From positions 1-47,280 of IMG/VR virus record IMGVR_UViG_3300037722_001730: a stretch of DNA of 47,280 nucleotides; one strand, 5' to 3'. Made by a program: the position numbers and the translations under genes. Shown here one piece after another: positions 43,011 to 47,280 of the stretch. Within the stretch, counting starts at the first letter, position 1; every line of letters begins with the position of its first letter. The notes below the pieces were generated by a model. It did not search any database, was not told where the DNA came from, and worked only from the letters and a program-made list of their open reading frames with translations. Source of the stretch: a virus. Its lineage: Duplodnaviria > Caudoviricetes.

Positions 43011-44383
43011 GCTACGCGCAATTCATCGCCGCGAAGCTGTCGCGATTTCAGGCGGTCGGGTTCGAGCCCGAAGCGATCGGCGGCGATCTGTTCGACTTTC
43101 AAGACGCGCTAACACGTTGGGGCGTGCGCGTGGGTCGCTGCGCGCTGTTCGAAGATACCGGGCTCGGCAAGACGCGGCAGGAACTTGCGTGGTCGCAGGC
43201 CGTGCTCGATCGCCACGGTGGCGGCGTGCTGATGCTGGCGCCACTCGCGGTCGCGGAGCAAACGGTCGAGGAAGGCGAGCGAATCGGGATCAAGGTCCGG
43301 CACGTGCGCGAGGCCTCGGCGCTCGAGGGGATCTGCATCACGAACTACGAACGGGTGCACAAGTTCGATTGCTCGAAGCTTGCGGGCGTCGTGCTGGACG
43401 AATCGAGCATCATCAAACATCACGACTCCCGATCCTTTGCGCAGCTGACCGAGACCTTCGCGCACACGCCCTACAAGCTCTGCGCGACAGCGACACCGGC
43501 GCCGAACGATTGGACCGAACTCGGCACCCATGCGGAATTCTTGGGCGTTTGCAGTCGCGCCGAAATGCTCGCCGAGTTCTTCGTTCACGACGCTGCGAAA
43601 ACTCAAGACTGGCGACTCAAAGGCCATGCTCGAGCGGCCTTCTGGGAGTGGGTCAGCTCGTGGGCCGCCGTCGTCCGCAACCCGGCTGAACTGGGATTCG
43701 ACGGCACGCGGTACGAGCTGCCGTGGCTCAACGTCGAGCAGCACACGATCAAGACGGAATCCGCGCCGATGCCGGGACAGCTGTTCGCGATGGAGGCCTC
43801 GACGCTGAGCGAGCGCCGCGCCGCGCGCCGGCATACGGTGACGACCCGCGTCCGGGAGTGTGCCGATCGTGTGAACGCCACGCACGGCCCGTGGGTCGTG
43901 TGGTGCGACCTCAACACAGAATCCGAAATGCTCAAGGCCGCGATCGACGGCGCGATCGAGGTCCGCGGCTCCCAAACGCTCGACGAAAAGGAGTCGGCGC
44001 TCAACGCGTTCCGCCACGGCAAAGCGCGGGTCATCGTGACCAAGCCGTCTATCGCAGGGTTCGGCTTGAATTGGCAGCACTGCGCGAACATGGCCTTTGT
44101 CGGCGTCACCGATTCATACGAGAGCTACTACCAAGCCGTGCGGCGTTGCTGGCGGTTCGGTCAGACGCGGCCGGTCAATGTGCACATATTTTCGTCCGAC
44201 CTCGAGGGCGCGGTCGTCGCGAACCTGAAACGCAAGGAGGAATCGGCAGCACAGATGGCCGAGGAGATGGTCGCGTTTACCGCGGCGGCAGTGCGGCGCA
44301 ACGTCATCGGATCGCAACGCTCGACGAATATTTACGACGACGGTCAGGCGGTCAAGCTGCCGGGGTTCGTATGCGCTGCATAG
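43007..44383 (+). CDS. SNF2-like/SF2 helicase
   Basis: DTGLGKT, LDESS, TATPAPND, GFGLNWQHC and QAVRRCWRFGQ; GTGA overlap start. Confidence 0.92.
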   Translation: MSYAQFIAAKLSRFQAVGFEPEAIGGDLFDFQDALTRWGVRVGRCALFEDTGLGKTRQELAWSQAVLDRHGGGVLMLAPLAVAEQTVEEGERIGIKVRHVREASALEGICITNYERVHKFDCSKLAGVVLDESSIIKHHDSRSFAQLTETFAHTPYKLCATATPAPNDWTELGTHAEFLGVCSRAEMLAEFFVHDAAKTQDWRLKGHARAAFWEWVSSWAAVVRNPAELGFDGTRYELPWLNVEQHTIKTESAPMPGQLFAMEASTLSERRAARRHTVTTRVRECADRVNATHGPWVVWCDLNTESEMLKAAIDGAIEVRGSQTLDEKESALNAFRHGKARVIVTKPSIAGFGLNWQHCANMAFVGVTDSYESYYQAVRRCWRFGQTRPVNVHIFSSDLEGAVVANLKRKEESAAQMAEEMVAFTAAAVRRNVIGSQRSTNIYDDGQAVKLPGFVCAA

Positions 44384-45249
44384 ATCAGGTGGTCGCAGCG
44401 AATTGGGCGATGTACCAGGGCGATTGCATCGAGGTCTTGAAGGGCGTTCCGGATGCGAGCGTGGGCTATTCGATCTTCTCGCCGCCGTTCGCCTCGCTCT
44501 ACACGTACTCGAACAGTCCGCGCGACATGGGCAACTGCAAAACCTACGCGCAGTTCTTCGAGCACTTCGGCTATCTCGTCGACGAGCTCCGCCGCGTGAT
44601 GCAGCCGGGCCGCGACGTGTCGTTCCACTGCATGCTGTTGCCGACGTCCAAAGTGATGGATGGCGTGATCGGGCTGCGCGACTTCCGCGGCGAGCTGATC
44701 CGCTGCTTCCAGGCGCGCGGGTTCGTGCATCACTCCGAGGTCGTGATCTGGAAGGATCCTGTGACCGCGATGCAGCGGACGAAAGCGCTCGGCCTGCTCC
44801 ACAAGACGGTCCGCACGAATTCGAGCATGGCGCGGCAAGGAATCCCGGATTACCTCGTGACGATGCGCGCGCCGGGCGATCCGATCGAGCGCGTGACGCA
44901 CGACGATTACCCCGTCGACAAGTGGCAGAAGATCGCGTCGCCTGTGTGGACCGATATCAATCCGTCCGAGACGCTGCAATACCGAAGCGCGCGCGAGCAC
45001 GACGACGAACGCCACATCGCACCGCTGCAGCTCGAAGTGATCCGCCGCGGCATCGAGCTTTGGACGAATCTGGGCGATACGGTTCTGTCGCCGTTCGCCG
45101 GCATCGGCTCTGAGGGTCACGTCGCGCTCGAGCTCGGCCGCAAGTTCATCGGCATCGAGCTGAAACGCAGCTACTTCGAGCAATCCATCGCGAACCTGCG
45201 CGCCGCCGAATCGCAAGGCGGGCTGTTCGAGCAGGAGGGAGCCGCTTGA
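44371..45249 (+). CDS. DNA amino-methyltransferase (N4-C/N6-A, beta class)
   Basis: SPPF catalytic motif precedes the PFAGIGS SAM-binding motif; start reassigned to MRCIDQ. Confidence 0.9.
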   Translation: MRCIDQVVAANWAMYQGDCIEVLKGVPDASVGYSIFSPPFASLYTYSNSPRDMGNCKTYAQFFEHFGYLVDELRRVMQPGRDVSFHCMLLPTSKVMDGVIGLRDFRGELIRCFQARGFVHHSEVVIWKDPVTAMQRTKALGLLHKTVRTNSSMARQGIPDYLVTMRAPGDPIERVTHDDYPVDKWQKIASPVWTDINPSETLQYRSAREHDDERHIAPLQLEVIRRGIELWTNLGDTVLSPFAGIGSEGHVALELGRKFIGIELKRSYFEQSIANLRAAESQGGLFEQEGAA

Positions 45250-45458
45250 TGCGCCGCCCCCTCCCCGAACTACGCGCCGAGGCACACCGCTACTCCGTGC
45301 TCGCCCGTCGCCAGTACTTCATGCGCCGGGATCACAGAGAGGCACGGCGTTACGCCCGGCTCGCCGCGGCCACGATGATGATTGCGCAGATTGAAGTCGC
45401 GCGGCTCGCGGTGGCGATGCGGGTGCCGGCGGTGCGGGCGTTGAGGGCGGTGCGGTAA
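45249..45458 (+). CDS. Small basic hypothetical protein
   Basis: TGATG and TAATG couplings. Confidence 0.55.
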   Translation: MRRPLPELRAEAHRYSVLARRQYFMRRDHREARRYARLAAATMMIAQIEVARLAVAMRVPAVRALRAVR

Positions 45459-45814
45459 TGCCGGCGCTGAACTTCAAGCAGCAGTTCTCCTCCGACGTCC
45501 GCACCGGCAAGAAGCGCCAGACGATCCGCGCGCTCGGCAAGCGCAGTTTTCGCCCGGGCGTGACGCTGTACCACTACACCGGGCAGCGAACGGCTCGCTG
45601 CCGCCTGCTCGCCACCGCGACGTGCCAGGACGTCAAGCCGGTCGTGATCCATCGCGATACCGTGACGCTCGACGGCGAGCGGCTGATCGGCGACGCGCTG
45701 CGTGCTTTCGCGATCGCGGACGGCTTTTGGTCGGTGCGTGAGTTCTTCGACTTCTTCGAAAAGCAACACTTCAGCCACATCGAGCCGTTCCATGGCCGCG
45801 TGATCTATTGGTGA
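45458..45814 (+). CDS. ASCH/PUA-like domain protein
   Basis: GKKRQTIR...PG..L..YTGQRT...FAIADGF. Confidence 0.85.
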   Translation: MPALNFKQQFSSDVRTGKKRQTIRALGKRSFRPGVTLYHYTGQRTARCRLLATATCQDVKPVVIHRDTVTLDGERLIGDALRAFAIADGFWSVREFFDFFEKQHFSHIEPFHGRVIYW

Positions 45815-45827
45815 ACAAGGGGAAGCG

Positions 45828-46034
45828 GTGAGCGAGCCGATTGCTGAAACGATCCACTGGCACGCCGTCGCCGACGAGCTCCCAGACGACGACACCACCG
45901 TGCTCCTGAACTTCGACAATGCGGACCCGTGGCCCGGCTGGCACGAGGACGGGCAGTGGCTCGATGCGAGCGGCATGCCGGTCGAGCATGTGACGCATTG
46001 GGCAGATATGCCGGGCGGGCCGCCGTGTTCCTGA
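45828..46034 (+). CDS. DUF551-like small protein
   Basis: WHAVADELPDDDTTVL...VTHWADMP. Confidence 0.75.
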   Translation: MSEPIAETIHWHAVADELPDDDTTVLLNFDNADPWPGWHEDGQWLDASGMPVEHVTHWADMPGGPPCS

Positions 46035-46240
46035 CCGCCGATCAGCTCCACGAGCTGACCGGCTTTCGTCGGCCGTCGGCGCAGATCCGCTGGCTGCGCG
46101 ACAACCATTGGGCCTTTGCGGTGCGAGCCGATGGTAAGCCGTCCGTCGCCGAGCGGGAGTTCGAGGCGCAGATGTGCACCGGGCAGAAGGCTGCGGCCAC
46201 GGACGAGCCCGATTTTGCTGCGCTCGATAAAGCGGGGTAA
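46025..46240 (+). CDS. xis: Excisionase-like protein (DUF4224)
   Basis: FLTADQLHELTG...AQIRWL...DGKP.V...EPDF; directly upstream of int. Confidence 0.85.
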   Translation: MFLTADQLHELTGFRRPSAQIRWLRDNHWAFAVRADGKPSVAEREFEAQMCTGQKAAATDEPDFAALDKAG

Positions 46241-46245
46241 TCTCG

Positions 46246-47280
46246 ATGGCGGTGGGGCGGAAAAGAACGCATAACAAACACCTTCCCCGCGGTGTCACGC
46301 ACGAGCACGGTGCGTATTTCTTCAGGGGTCCTGACCGCAAGCGCGTCCGCTTGGGTGCGGCGCTGGGCGAGTCGTTGGCGAAGTGGGTGTCGCTCGTGGA
46401 GCCGGAGCCGGGATCCATTCGGACGATGCACGACGCGTTCGAGCGCTATAAGCTCGAGGTCCTGCCGAAGCGCGCGGCGAAGACGCAGCGCGGCCAGTTC
46501 TACATATTCCCGAAGATCGACGCCGTGTTCGGCAAGACGGCGCCGCGCTCGATACGCCCCCGACACGGTTACGAACTCCTCGACCGGATGAGCAAGACGC
46601 CGACCGCGGCGCTCAAAGCCTTCAACCTCGTGTCCGCGGTGCTCACGCAATGCGTCAAATGGGGCGTGATCGACGAGAATCCGTTCTGGCAGGTCGACAA
46701 GGAAGGCTATATTCCGGCGTCGCGTGACCGATGCCCGACGGATGATGAGTTCGATGCCGTCTACGAGCTCGCGAACGACCGCATGCAGATCGCGATGGAC
46801 ATCGCCGTACTGACCGGACTGCGCCGCGCCGGCGTGCTCGCGCTCAAGCTCGATTCCGATACCGACGCCGGGCTCCTCGCGGTGAATCCTGGCAAGAAGA
46901 CGAAGGCGTTACTGTTCGTGTGGACACCGGAGCTGCGCGCCGTGATCGACCGAGCGAAGCGCCTGGAGCCGCGCGTGCGCAGCGCCCTACTGTGCGCCGG
47001 CCGCGGGAAGCACGCCGGCAAGGCTTACACCGACGACGGCTTCAGCGCGATTTGGCAGCGACTGATGAACAAGGCGACGAAGGAGATGCCTGTGCCGGGC
47101 ATACCAGGCGTCAACAAGGCCGCGATCGCGCAGCGCTTCACCTTCAACGATATCCGCGCCAAATCGGCGACGGATACGGAGACCGAGGTCGAGGCGAGCG
47201 CGCGCCTTGGCCATACCACGCTCGCGACAACGAGACGCATCTACATCCGAAAACCGAACAAGGTTCGGCCGCTTCGTTAG
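46246..47280 (+). CDS. int: Tyrosine integrase
   Basis: TGLR, FNDIRAK, LGH and IY motifs; N-terminal LPRGV arm-binding region. Confidence 0.95.
   Translation: MAVGRKRTHNKHLPRGVTHEHGAYFFRGPDRKRVRLGAALGESLAKWVSLVEPEPGSIRTMHDAFERYKLEVLPKRAAKTQRGQFYIFPKIDAVFGKTAPRSIRPRHGYELLDRMSKTPTAALKAFNLVSAVLTQCVKWGVIDENPFWQVDKEGYIPASRDRCPTDDEFDAVYELANDRMQIAMDIAVLTGLRRAGVLALKLDSDTDAGLLAVNPGKKTKALLFVWTPELRAVIDRAKRLEPRVRSALLCAGRGKHAGKAYTDDGFSAIWQRLMNKATKEMPVPGIPGVNKAAIAQRFTFNDIRAKSATDTETEVEASARLGHTTLATTRRIYIRKPNKVRPLR

Larger units (their letters stand above)
1..47280. mobile_element. Temperate lambdoid siphophage/prophage, near complete
   Basis: Head, tail, lysis, cI/cro switch, replication, recombination, xis and int modules in lambdoid arrangement; no host housekeeping genes seen; boundaries/att not visible. 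Confidence 0.95.

Noticed and set aside
43723-44370. Helicase-MTase fusion or long N-terminal MTase extension
   Set aside because: The extension is a shadow frame of the helicase; MTase motifs begin at ATG 44371; no slippery site noticed
47200-47280. attR/attL direct repeat
   Set aside because: The window stops at the int stop codon and no matching repeat was found at the left end

Overview
The window is an apparently near-complete, GC-rich temperate lambdoid siphophage or prophage, probably from a proteobacterial host. It ends exactly at the integrase stop codon, so no att site is visible. From left to right: a cluster of small + strand genes starting with a truncated HerA-like ATPase (1-3015); a - strand late region read right to left (Q-like antiterminator with pR'/tR', an extra FN3/fibre/gpZ module, cos, terminase, portal, ClpP-capsid fusion, neck, tail with a -1 frameshift chaperone, tail tip, DUF5675 lysis cassette); a - strand pR operon (cro, YdaU-type initiator, RuvC); a cI/cro switch with five CAAC-N5-GTTG operators; and a + strand pL operon (DUF3102-like protein, MORC-type GHKL ATPase, RecE/Sak4, DUF6745 with a 38 x 12-bp repeat, SMC-like ATPase, Mom-like GNAT, SNF2 helicase, amino-MTase, ASCH, Xis, Int). 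The best candidate for an undescribed system is the DUF3102-like gene carrying a perfect 28-bp palindrome in its own coding sequence, directly followed by a MORC ATPase with no visible nuclease. Next are a capsid gene with two HTH domains and a pL-proximal ORF containing a complete antisense gene. All family assignments come from motif recognition by eye; no database searches were run.
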